Virus record (IMG/VR): IMGVR_UViG_3300023181_000025 | Location: 147,169-211,168 of that record | Length of the DNA: 64,000 bases | Direction: 5' to 3' (one strand) | Part shown: piece after piece, positions 18,901 to 27,292 of the stretch | Layout: each line of letters opens with the position of its first letter | How positions within the stretch are numbered: the stretch's first letter is position 1 | Translations under genes and position numbers: made by a program | The notes under the pieces: model-generated | What the model saw: the letters and a program-made list of their open reading frames with translations, nothing else | The model's database searches: none | Told to the model about the DNA's origin: nothing

Positions 18901-19440
18901 ATGTTGTTGGGGGTAAAAATTCGCAAAAAGGTTGAAGAGGGTTTCTTAATTGCCGAAAAATATTATGGTCAGACAATTCCCCGTCCTAAAATTTCTTTTG
19001 ATTTAAAAGGGAGGACGGCGGGAACTTCAAATTACTCAAAAAATGAATTGAGATTTAATTTAATGCTCGCCATGGAAAATGAAGAGCAGTTTTTGGGCGA
19101 CACAGTATTCCACGAGGTGGCCCATTATATCCAAAGATGGAAGCATGGCTATGGGTGCCCGCCTCATGGTAATGAATGGAAAGCCATTATGATCCAATGC
19201 TTTAAGCTTCCGCCTAAGAGGTGCCATACCTATGATGTCACCAATGTCTCGCGAAGGACTCGACCCTATTCTTACAAGTGCAACTGCAAAACCTATCAGG
19301 TCGGCCTTACCCTCCACTCTCGTATTCAACGCAATAATCCTCAGTATATTTGTAGGCTTTGCGGGGTAATGATCGCGCTTCAATCAACCAAACTTCCAGT
19401 AAACAAGGGATTTGTAATAACTCCAGAAGAGCTTGACTAA
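18901..19440 (+). CDS. SprT-like zinc metalloprotease
   Basis: RTAG, TVFHEVAH, PHG.EWK, Y.C.C...C..C. Confidence 0.9.
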   Translation: MLLGVKIRKKVEEGFLIAEKYYGQTIPRPKISFDLKGRTAGTSNYSKNELRFNLMLAMENEEQFLGDTVFHEVAHYIQRWKHGYGCPPHGNEWKAIMIQCFKLPPKRCHTYDVTNVSRRTRPYSYKCNCKTYQVGLTLHSRIQRNNPQYICRLCGVMIALQSTKLPVNKGFVITPEELD

Positions 19441-19500
19441 AATATTGTCAGAATATTGTTGACTAAAAGTCCTTAATACATACACTCATAAACGTAACAC

Positions 19501-19770
19501 ATGAAATTCAATACACTCCTTGAAAAAATTATTGAGACCATCCAGCACTGGCAAGAGCTTGGTTTGGTGAACGCGGGACATTATATTTATAAGGCCACTA
19601 ATCAGATTGATGGGTTTATTCAAGAGGGAGAATATACTGTCCCTCAAGAAGTCTATATGCAAAGAGCGCGCACATTTTTTGAAACCATTTTGGAAATTGA
19701 TGGAGCGCCATCCCTTGAAATTATTGATGAATCTAATTTTATTATTGCCGCTAGCGCAAAACTTGTATAA
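19501..19770 (+). CDS. Hypothetical protein
   Basis: Promoter at 19459. Confidence 0.65.
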   Translation: MKFNTLLEKIIETIQHWQELGLVNAGHYIYKATNQIDGFIQEGEYTVPQEVYMQRARTFFETILEIDGAPSLEIIDESNFIIAASAKLV

Positions 19771-19784
19771 ACAATTTTAATACT

Positions 19785-19933
19785 AAAGGACTGAACGGCG
19801 AAAGCACTGTCAATGCAGCCGGAAGGGAGTTTAGTTAGGGCGTGAGTAAGATTATCCTCCTATGGGAGGTGACAGGTTAAATAATTCCGGCAGGAAAAGT
19901 TTAAAATATAATCGACAATCCGCCCAACCCTTT
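19785..19933 (+). ncRNA. Candidate structured RNA resembling the group I intron P3-P7-P8 core
   Basis: CTGTCA/TGACAG, GATTAT/ATAATC, CCTCC/GGAGG, GCCGGAA/TTCCGGC, GGGCG/CGCCC pairings; TAAAATATAATCG resembles S element. Confidence 0.55.
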
Positions 19934-19934
19934 T

Positions 19935-20189
19935 ATGAAAACGATCAAACAAAAACGCAAAAGATCACGGGCAAGGGAGAGAGACAGACGCGCAAAAGAA
20001 AATAAATTTTGTAAAAAAATTAGCACAAAACGCTGCCAAATCTACTGGCTGTTCAATGAGAAAACACAAATATTCGCCTCCAATTTGTTTGAAAACAAAG
20101 AAGATCATGATTATTACGGTATTGCATGGAGTCTTTTTAGAAGGAAAAATAAAGAAAAGGGTCTATGGAGGATTGTAAAGAAAACTTAA
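19935..20189 (+). CDS. Basic hypothetical protein
   Basis: Arg/Lys-rich N-terminus. Confidence 0.55.
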   Translation: MKTIKQKRKRSRARERDRRAKENKFCKKISTKRCQIYWLFNEKTQIFASNLFENKEDHDYYGIAWSLFRRKNKEKGLWRIVKKT

Positions 20190-20192
20190 TAT

Positions 20193-20342
20193 ATGAGCCT
20201 ACACACAATTAAACTTCGTTCAAATTATTGGCTTGCCCGGCTTTTTAAGCTTGCAGGGCTATGTTATAAATGCAAGATTACGTCATTGAACTTCACGCGA
20301 CATGGACAAGGGGTTTGCCCAAAGTGCGGGAAACGAGTTTGA
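20193..20342 (+). CDS. Small zinc-ribbon protein (49 aa)
   Basis: CYKC...CPKCG; not in ORF track. Confidence 0.6.
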   Translation: MSLHTIKLRSNYWLARLFKLAGLCYKCKITSLNFTRHGQGVCPKCGKRV

Positions 20343-20353
20343 ACATTATTTAT

Positions 20354-20887
20354 ATGAAATTTGCAGATATTCCAAAATTTCCACATTCTTTTTATAGAAT
20401 TAATGTAGATCTAGACCATGTAGAACGCGCACTGGAGCACTGGGATGAACCTGCATCGGGGAGCCCATTAATCCTTAATCCTGAATGGCAACGGGGCCAC
20501 GTCTGGACAAAAAAGCAACAAACTTCATATATGGAATATATGCTTAAGGGCGGGAACACGGGAAAAGAAATTTATTTTAATTGTTCTTCTTGGGGTGGAG
20601 GTTTCAATACTCCTATTTATTGCGTTGATGGTCTTCAGCGTCTAAGTGCGGCCCTTGCCTTTATCCGTAACGAGATTCCCGCTTTTGGGTTTTTGTGTAA
20701 AGATTACGAAGACAGGCTCAGAATGTCTGGCGTGGGGTTCTTTTTCAACATGCTTCAAGTTAAAAGCAAGAAAGAACTTCTCAATATTTATATTGATTTT
20801 AATAGCGGCGGCACACCTCACAAACCAAAAGAAATTGCCCGCATTATCGAATTGCAAAAAAATACAGATCCATCCGAAACAGTATGA
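20354..20887 (+). CDS. DUF262 (ParB/GmrS-like) domain protein
   Basis: LNPEWQRGHVW, VDGLQRL, F..FNSGG. Confidence 0.85.
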   Translation: MKFADIPKFPHSFYRINVDLDHVERALEHWDEPASGSPLILNPEWQRGHVWTKKQQTSYMEYMLKGGNTGKEIYFNCSSWGGGFNTPIYCVDGLQRLSAALAFIRNEIPAFGFLCKDYEDRLRMSGVGFFFNMLQVKSKKELLNIYIDFNSGGTPHKPKEIARIIELQKNTDPSETV

Positions 20888-21213
20888 AAGAAACTAAAAT
20901 TAAATTCGATTTTAAGTCACAAAGCACAGATGCAAAATTTGTAGCAAAAACATATATTAGAACAGAGGATAGCTCTCTTTTGTTTTTGGCTGATATTTCT
21001 TTTGAACCTAGCGAAGCGAATTGGGCGAAAGGGATTCGAGATATGGCCTCCATTATTTATTCTAAAAACTTTTCTAGTCTTATGAAAGAATACAATATTA
21101 GCTTGAAAAGTTTTGAAATTATTATAGAAAATGTTTCTGGGATTGCGGCATATTACTTTGGGTGCAATGAAATTATAATTAAATCAGATGAATCAAGCAC
21201 AAATAATCAATAA
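20884..21213 (+). CDS. Hypothetical protein
   Basis: ATGA overlap. Confidence 0.55.
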   Translation: MKETKIKFDFKSQSTDAKFVAKTYIRTEDSSLLFLADISFEPSEANWAKGIRDMASIIYSKNFSSLMKEYNISLKSFEIIIENVSGIAAYYFGCNEIIIKSDESSTNNQ

Positions 21214-21616
21214 GATTCTCAATAGCAAAGGTAACTTTGTTCGTGCCGCATGGCGCTCTAATACAGAGCCTGCTGCGAAATTTAAAGATATCTCTATTGA
21301 AAAAAGAACGTCGGCCATCGTGCGGGCGGGAATTAATTTTGCCAACCTTCAAAAGAGCAAGGGTCGTGAGACCGAACCTTTGCCATATGGAGAATGGTTT
21401 AAATTTCCATATGTAATTAAACACAACAATACTATGTATCTCCGACTTTACTCAACTGAAAGCGAACAGGAGGAAACTTATTTTGTGGATGGTAAAGAGG
21501 TTGACAAAGAAACCTTTCGAAGCTATCTTACTCCTAGCGCGGCAAAAAAGCTGGATGAGGAAAAAGACTGCTTCAATATTAAACTTGAAAACGTAATCGG
21601 AACTGAAGAGCTATAA
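21188..21616 (+). CDS. Hypothetical phage protein
   Basis: VRAGINFANL...LPYGEW..FPYVI.H. Confidence 0.75.
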   Translation: MNQAQIINKILNSKGNFVRAAWRSNTEPAAKFKDISIEKRTSAIVRAGINFANLQKSKGRETEPLPYGEWFKFPYVIKHNNTMYLRLYSTESEQEETYFVDGKEVDKETFRSYLTPSAAKKLDEEKDCFNIKLENVIGTEEL

Positions 21617-21619
21617 AAT

Positions 21620-21919
21620 ATGTCATACGCAGACGAAAACGAAAAAGTAATTACAAAGGAAAAAGATTTCCCGGCCTTCCAACATTTCGCGGCAATTGAA
21701 TTTTGTGATTTTTATTTTTCAGATGATGGCTATGGTGAATCCGGGTCTGTAGATATTACCAAATATATTTATTTTAAAGATAGGGCCGCTATGGAGACAT
21801 ACGTAAGAAATAAAGAACTTTCTGAAAGCTCTTTTTCCTCCAAAGTAAAATATAAAATTATTGAAGTTGCACCATTGCAGGTTCAAAAATCTGTTACAGT
21901 ATCAGCCAATACTTATTAA
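21620..21919 (+). CDS. Hypothetical protein
   Basis: Tiling. Confidence 0.65.
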   Translation: MSYADENEKVITKEKDFPAFQHFAAIEFCDFYFSDDGYGESGSVDITKYIYFKDRAAMETYVRNKELSESSFSSKVKYKIIEVAPLQVQKSVTVSANTY

Positions 21920-21920
21920 T

Positions 21921-22328
21921 ATGAACGAACAATTGCAAGAAAGAGTTTTCTCTTGGGTTTCTCAAACGGCTGAGAATATCGGGGAGTGGACCACAAAAGA
22001 AGTGCCGCTTTTCATTAACGAATATTTGTTGTGGAAGTTTTGGGAGAACGCGATTGGCATTGGGATGTATATCGCGGGATTTTTAATTTGTTGGGGTTTT
22101 TGGGCAATTTTATATAAAAAGCTTTGGGGAAAATTTAAAGAAAGTTGGGAAGACAATAGAGACTGGATTCCAGTTGTAACTATATTTGGTGGCGCGGCGC
22201 TATTTGTTTCTTTTGTTGTTACTCTTCTCGCCTTTCCAAGTGAAAATATTCTCACTTGCCTGAAAATTAAAGTTGCGCCGAAAATATACCTCGTTGAAGA
22301 GGCTGCGCGCATTATTAAAAATAAATAA
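21921..22328 (+). CDS. Membrane protein (2 TM)
   Basis: Two hydrophobic helices; APKIYL. Confidence 0.7.
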   Translation: MNEQLQERVFSWVSQTAENIGEWTTKEVPLFINEYLLWKFWENAIGIGMYIAGFLICWGFWAILYKKLWGKFKESWEDNRDWIPVVTIFGGAALFVSFVVTLLAFPSENILTCLKIKVAPKIYLVEEAARIIKNK

Positions 22329-22333
22329 TTCAT

Positions 22334-22636
22334 ATGAAGATAGTCACGCGACAAGAATTTATAGATTGGATTAGGTCTAATCATGGGAATAAGAAAATCA
22401 ATATGTCTGAAAATAAGGCGGGCGATCCTTGTGGGTGCCTTATGGTTCAATATGCTCGGGATAAATTTCCTAAAGACTTCTTTAAAAAAGGAAGCTGCGG
22501 TTATGAATCATGGACAAATCAGGGCCGAACAATAGCTAAATTAGATTGTGATATTTGTGAAATTGTTCCCGGTTGGAAATGGGCAAATATTAAAACCTTC
22601 CAGCAGGTAAAAAAGATCTTGACAGAAACGCGCTAA
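22334..22636 (+). CDS. Paralog family B member
   Basis: TRQEFIDW...CGCLMVQY. Confidence 0.8.
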   Translation: MKIVTRQEFIDWIRSNHGNKKINMSENKAGDPCGCLMVQYARDKFPKDFFKKGSCGYESWTNQGRTIAKLDCDICEIVPGWKWANIKTFQQVKKILTETR

Positions 22637-22653
22637 TAAGTAAACGTATACCT

Positions 22654-22917
22654 ATGAAAGTAACAGAAGGAAAGACAGAAGTTCAAACGATCACCTCCGC
22701 TCTTAAGGATATTAAGGCGGGCGAAGTAGTTAGGTTTTCATACGATTCGATTGAAGAAGCCTTTAAGGCTGATTTGTTCTATATGAAGCTGGAAACTCCC
22801 GGCGCAAATCCGGGCCGCGTTCGGCTTGTAAACATTACGTCTGGAAAAGTAACGGAATATGATGACATTCATCGTGTCGTGACTCATAAGGCGGAACTCC
22901 ATCTTTTTAACCTATAA
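22654..22917 (+). CDS. Hypothetical protein
   Basis: Leaderless after promoter at 22619. Confidence 0.7.
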   Translation: MKVTEGKTEVQTITSALKDIKAGEVVRFSYDSIEEAFKADLFYMKLETPGANPGRVRLVNITSGKVTEYDDIHRVVTHKAELHLFNL

Positions 22918-22928
22918 TATATTGGTTT

Positions 22929-23534
22929 ATGAATAAATTTGAAATAAGAGAAGGGGGTTGGGGATTTTATATTGGCCTAGTCGATCAAGGGGCAACCCTA
23001 GAAGCATGGAGGTATCTTGGGCGCGGCGGAGAAATTCTTTCAGACTGTCGAAATGGCTGGTTTAAAACAAAAAAGGAAGCACAAGAAGCTCTAGATAAAT
23101 ATAACGATGAAAATAGATCCGCAATGATTAATATTTCCATTGAAGAACAAATCGAATTGGCGAAATCTTATGTTGGCAAGAGAGTAACATATAATTCTAT
23201 CATTATAACAACAGGGCAGGTCAAATCTTGGAGTATTCGTGGCGGTGAAGAGTTCAAGGATTTTTTTATTTCCCCTTCCCCTCATTCTTTAGTTAGTATG
23301 GAGATTAAAGAAACAGGATTTTGTGTTTGCCTAAATATGGCTAGTGGCGCAGCTATTCCGATTAGAATGGTATCGTTGGTAGTTGAGCCTGAATTTTACG
23401 AAGTAAAACTAAATAATAATTTCAAAGCAAAGGTATATAAGGATAAAATTGAGGTAGGGTGCCAAACCTTTCCTATTGCAGTCCTTAAAGATATGAAGGA
23501 AGCCCTTGATAACTTCAAGAAAGAAAGTCCTTGA
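22929..23534 (+). CDS. Paralog family D member
   Basis: EQIELAKSYVGK; IEVGCQTF. Confidence 0.75.
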   Translation: MNKFEIREGGWGFYIGLVDQGATLEAWRYLGRGGEILSDCRNGWFKTKKEAQEALDKYNDENRSAMINISIEEQIELAKSYVGKRVTYNSIIITTGQVKSWSIRGGEEFKDFFISPSPHSLVSMEIKETGFCVCLNMASGAAIPIRMVSLVVEPEFYEVKLNNNFKAKVYKDKIEVGCQTFPIAVLKDMKEALDNFKKESP

Positions 23535-23569
23535 CGGATCGTTTGAAATCGCGTAAACATTATTCATAA

Positions 23570-23962
23570 ATGAAAACTAAGCAAGAGATCATCGAAGAAA
23601 CGGCAAATTATTACAATCTGAGTAATCGGGCAGTTACTCTTTCAGGTAAATGTAAATATTCAACCAGTGACGGAAGACAATGTGCCGTAGGTAGGTGCTT
23701 TACTGATAAAGAGGCTGACAGCTTTTGTGATTTTGACGGGCCGGTGAGTTTTGTAAACTCAACCCTAAAAGTCAACGCAAATAAAGAGCTTGATGATATT
23801 TTGAAAGAGGAATATCGCGGCCATTCGATTATTTTTTGGATGGATCTTCAAAGTTTTCATGATACACAGGAGAACTGGAATGATGATGGAATTTCTGAGG
23901 TTGGGCTGAAAGAAAAAGCAGAACTTCTTGAAAAGTATGTTGACAAACAAGAGGGAAACTAA
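23570..23962 (+). CDS. Paralog family A member
   Basis: IIEETA.YYN..NR; CAVGRC; FWMDLQSFHD. Confidence 0.85.
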   Translation: MKTKQEIIEETANYYNLSNRAVTLSGKCKYSTSDGRQCAVGRCFTDKEADSFCDFDGPVSFVNSTLKVNANKELDDILKEEYRGHSIIFWMDLQSFHDTQENWNDDGISEVGLKEKAELLEKYVDKQEGN

Positions 23963-23974
23963 TACTTTATTCAC

Positions 23975-24334
23975 ATGACCAAGCAATCAATTATTGAAGA
24001 GACCGCCGCCTATTACAATTTGGGAAATCGTTCGGTTTGCCCTAAAAAGGGCGGGTGCCTCTATTTGAACCCCGAGGGAAAAATGTGTGCTTTTGGTAGG
24101 TGCATGACGGAGGAAGGTCTGGACGCTTATAAGAATTCGGGCGATTACGTTAGAGCCTTAAGTGTTGGAGATAGCGTTGACCATCTTTTGCTGGCAGATT
24201 ATAAGGGCCATTCTGTAGAGTTTTGGACCGACATCCAAATGTTCCATGACATGGAAAATCATTGGACTGAGACCGGCCTTTCCTCTAAAGGCGAAGAATT
24301 TAAGAAAAAACTTCTCAAAAAGTATGTTGACTAA
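23975..24334 (+). CDS. Paralog family A member
   Basis: CAFGRCMT; FWTDIQMFHD. Confidence 0.85.
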   Translation: MTKQSIIEETAAYYNLGNRSVCPKKGGCLYLNPEGKMCAFGRCMTEEGLDAYKNSGDYVRALSVGDSVDHLLLADYKGHSVEFWTDIQMFHDMENHWTETGLSSKGEEFKKKLLKKYVD

Positions 24335-24360
24335 CTGCGCTTTTTAGTGTAACTTCTTTT

Positions 24361-24450
24361 CATAGCGCAACACAGGGGACCGCGCCCCTCCGAAAATTGT
24401 AGTGATACGGTGACTACTAAACTAAGCTTCTGCGAGATTTAGTTTGAGGA
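24361..24450 (+). ncRNA. Candidate small structured RNA
   Basis: Promoter TTGACT-N17-TAACTT at 24327; no ORF; three hairpins. Confidence 0.45.
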
Positions 24451-24499
24451 ATAAAGAGGTTGACAGGGAAAAGAAAAAACGATAGATTGTAAAAACAAA

Positions 24500-24573
24500 G
24501 GGGCGATAGCTTAACCGGTGAAAGCAGCGGTTTCATAAACCGTTGAGTGAGGGTTCGACCCCCTCTCGCCCTA
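24500..24573 (+). tRNA. tRNA with CAT anticodon, probably tRNA-Ile2 (lysidine-modified); elongator Met not excluded
   Basis: Cloverleaf GGGGCGA/TCGCCCT, GCGGT-TTCATAA-ACCGT, GAGGG-TTCGACC-CCCTC; no initiator features; tilS nearby; CCA not encoded. Confidence 0.92.
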
Positions 24574-24574
24574 C

Positions 24575-25099
24575 TTATAAAATTCTTTCAGGGTTGTGTA
24601 ATTCCATATGGCAATTAGAGCACAATAAATCACATTTGTCTATTTCTAGCAATAGAGAGGCCCAATTTGTATTGGAGAGTTTTCTAGAGTCCAGCTTAAA
24701 AGTTTTTTCTTTTGGATCTCTGTGATGGAAACACAGGGCGGAATAATTTTTATCGTATCCGCATATTTTGCATTTCCCGCCCTTCAAATCAACTAAAGTT
24801 TTCTTTCTGTCTAAAGAAACGAGTTTTTGACGTTCGTTATTCTTTCTATTTTGCTCTTGTTTATTATCTTTATAGAACTGCTTGCAACTACATTCGTTAG
24901 AGCAAAACTTTAGTTGATTCCCCTCTAATCTTTTGGAACACATTAAACAAAACGTATCGGGAGAATGAGTTTTTTTAGTATTTAATCCATGTTTTCTAAG
25001 CCAATACCTTATATTGGTTTGACTGCAATTAAGTTTAATTGCGATTTGATAAGTAGACATGCCTTGTTCAATTAATTCTTTTAATGTTTCATAGCTCAT
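24575..25099 (-). CDS. HTH + zinc finger + HNH endonuclease
   Basis: GMSTYQIA..L.CS...IRYWL; C..C...FCS..C; CKICGY...FHHRDP...LCSNCH..H. Confidence 0.9.
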   Translation of the reverse strand: MSYETLKELIEQGMSTYQIAIKLNCSQTNIRYWLRKHGLNTKKTHSPDTFCLMCSKRLEGNQLKFCSNECSCKQFYKDNKQEQNRKNNERQKLVSLDRKKTLVDLKGGKCKICGYDKNYSALCFHHRDPKEKTFKLDSRKLSNTNWASLLLEIDKCDLLCSNCHMELHNPERIL

Positions 25100-25192
25100 A
25101 AAGTTATTTACACAAAAAATATAAATTGTGAACTAGTATGTTTGACTTTTTTATTTCTTGACTTTTCTCCATAATTTTCAATACTGCCCCCC

Positions 25193-25834
25193 ATGATCAA
25201 ATTCATCCCCGGCACAATCCCCCATGATCCCGTTTTCATGATCAGCGGCGGCGTGGATAGCGTGGCGGCGGCCCACTGGCTAGCCACCAAGGCGCGCAAA
25301 AAGATTTCGGCTATCCACTTCAACCATAACGTCCAACCCGCGAACGAAGCAATGCAGACGGCGGTGTGCGAGCTTTGCGCGTCTCTTGACATTCCCCTTA
25401 TGATCGTGAAGAATACGACAGCTTGCAAACTGAATGAGGCCAGTCTTAGGCATTGGAGACTAACAGTTTTGAAAGGCATTAAGGGAAACTTTCTAAGTGC
25501 TCATCATGTAGGGGATGCAATTGAAAATTATTTAAACAACTGTTTGAAAGGCTGTCCAGAATATAAGCCAATTAAAGAAAAAACTGAATTCGATGGTTTT
25601 ACAATTTCCCACCCATTCCTTACCACTCGCAAGAGCGATTTCGAAAAATACGCAAGACAAAACAATCTAGACCAATTCATCTGCCCCGACCCCACTAACG
25701 CCGATACTTCCTTTAATCGAAACTGGATTAGAAAACTAATTAGCGAATCGGAAGATCGCGGCAAAGGGTTGGAAAAAGTAGTCTTAAAGAAATTTTACAA
25801 AAAGAGAATTGACATTGGCGGGGGATTTGAATAG
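25193..25834 (+). CDS. tilS: tRNA(Ile)-lysidine synthase, catalytic domain only
   Basis: SGGVDS PP-loop, HFNH, AHH..D..E, DPTN......RN.IR. Confidence 0.9.
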   Translation: MIKFIPGTIPHDPVFMISGGVDSVAAAHWLATKARKKISAIHFNHNVQPANEAMQTAVCELCASLDIPLMIVKNTTACKLNEASLRHWRLTVLKGIKGNFLSAHHVGDAIENYLNNCLKGCPEYKPIKEKTEFDGFTISHPFLTTRKSDFEKYARQNNLDQFICPDPTNADTSFNRNWIRKLISESEDRGKGLEKVVLKKFYKKRIDIGGGFE

Positions 25835-25847
25835 AACTAATCACCTT

Positions 25848-26171
25848 ATGACAACGACAGAACAAAAACTATTTGACGCTCTTTACCGAATCTGCAAAAA
25901 TGCCCATAGAAAGGAAAGGCATGGGTTTACTGATGATATCGTTGCTCCCCTATTCCTCAATGAGGCCCGCGCACTGCTAGAAGAAATTGAAGCCTCAAAT
26001 CAAAGATTTCGCTGTGGCATGAATCCGGGAGAAACGTGCTGCATTGTTTCTCAGCATCCGGGGTTGTCCCCGATTTTTGACTACGAAAATGGTGTGGGGA
26101 TTTTCTATTGTTTCGCTCTAAGCCCCACAGAAGCCAAAGAAATTGCTAAAAAACTAAACAAATCGGAATAA
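25848..26171 (+). CDS. Hypothetical protein
   Basis: Promoter at 25809. Confidence 0.65.
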   Translation: MTTTEQKLFDALYRICKNAHRKERHGFTDDIVAPLFLNEARALLEEIEASNQRFRCGMNPGETCCIVSQHPGLSPIFDYENGVGIFYCFALSPTEAKEIAKKLNKSE

Positions 26172-26175
26172 AATT

Positions 26176-26439
26176 ATGGAATTTTTTATAAAAAATAATG
26201 ACGAAATCACCTTGCCCGGCTGGATAGGTGGATCAAGTCTTACCCTTCAAGAAATTGGAGCGATTGTATGTTTGGCTTGTTTAGAAACCGATGGAGATAG
26301 CGAAGCATTGGGGGCAAGATTTTCTTCTGAAGAATTTTCTCTTTGCGCCAAACCTTTAATTGAAAGAGGAATCGTGAAAGTATCTTTTAACAAAGAGAAA
26401 TCACGAATGAAGATGGATATTGATCTTGATGAAATATGA
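26176..26439 (+). CDS. Hypothetical protein
   Basis: Tiling. Confidence 0.6.
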   Translation: MEFFIKNNDEITLPGWIGGSSLTLQEIGAIVCLACLETDGDSEALGARFSSEEFSLCAKPLIERGIVKVSFNKEKSRMKMDIDLDEI

Positions 26440-26484
26440 AAAAAACGAAGTAAATAATCTAAGAATATATAACGACTAAATAAT

Positions 26485-26808
26485 ATGGGCGACAGAGGAA
26501 ATATTGTAATTGAAGCCGATGGGCAGACGTTCCCACATGAGGTGTATCTTTATACCCATTGGGACGGATCAAACGTAAAAAAGACGCTAAAAAAAGCCCT
26601 TGTTAAAGGGAGGGATCGCTGGGATGACCCTCAGTATTTGGCTCGGGTTATTTTTCAAACCCTGATTGATGGAGATCAAGACGTTACGGGTTACGGCCTT
26701 TCCACTAAAATGGGAGATGGTGGGACAGAGATTTACGTAAATCTTGAGCAACAAAAGGTTAAATTTAAACAAAAAGAATGGTCTTTTGAAAATTTCGTCA
26801 AGGAATGA
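26485..26808 (+). CDS. Hypothetical phage protein (YxHWDG type)
   Basis: MGDRGNI...VYLYTHWDG...YLAR. Confidence 0.75.
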   Translation: MGDRGNIVIEADGQTFPHEVYLYTHWDGSNVKKTLKKALVKGRDRWDDPQYLARVIFQTLIDGDQDVTGYGLSTKMGDGGTEIYVNLEQQKVKFKQKEWSFENFVKE

Positions 26809-26842
26809 TTGACTTTTTCTATAATTTACCCATATTTATAAC

Positions 26843-27067
26843 ATGAAATACCAAGTTTTTGAAAACGATATCGCCTGTTCTGAAATTGCCAAAAGCCTGC
26901 GAGATCCCGCATGGCAAAAGGATACATTTGATAATTTCGCGGATGCTGTAGAATTTGCAGAACAATGGCTTGGCTTCTATGGCTTGGGGCATGAAAAATA
27001 TTACCCTAATCAAAAAATAAATTATTATCCCGAAGATGGGTGCACAATTGAAGTCCGCGAAATTTAA
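26843..27067 (+). CDS. Hypothetical protein
   Basis: Leaderless after promoter at 26809. Confidence 0.65.
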   Translation: MKYQVFENDIACSEIAKSLRDPAWQKDTFDNFADAVEFAEQWLGFYGLGHEKYYPNQKINYYPEDGCTIEVREI

Positions 27068-27078
27068 ACTTTAATAAT

Positions 27079-27288
27079 ATGACTTTTCTAATTGCAGCTT
27101 TTATTTATTTAATCTGTTGGGCGGCGGCCTCATTTCTTGTTTATATTCTTTTTACGATTGATTTTCCAGAACCCAAAGAAAAGGGAAGAAACCTAAGAAC
27201 ATCTATAGTCTTTGGGTTCGGCGGGCCTATATCTTTATTGGTATCTTTACTTTTAGTATTTATTGAATGGCCCTTTAAAAAGAATTAA
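27079..27288 (+). CDS. Small membrane protein
   Basis: Two hydrophobic segments. Confidence 0.65.
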   Translation: MTFLIAAFIYLICWAAASFLVYILFTIDFPEPKEKGRNLRTSIVFGFGGPISLLVSLLLVFIEWPFKKN

Positions 27289-27292
27289 TAAT

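Noticed and set aside
24543-24725. 60-aa + ORF
   Set aside because: Starts inside the tRNA and runs antisense to the HNH gene.
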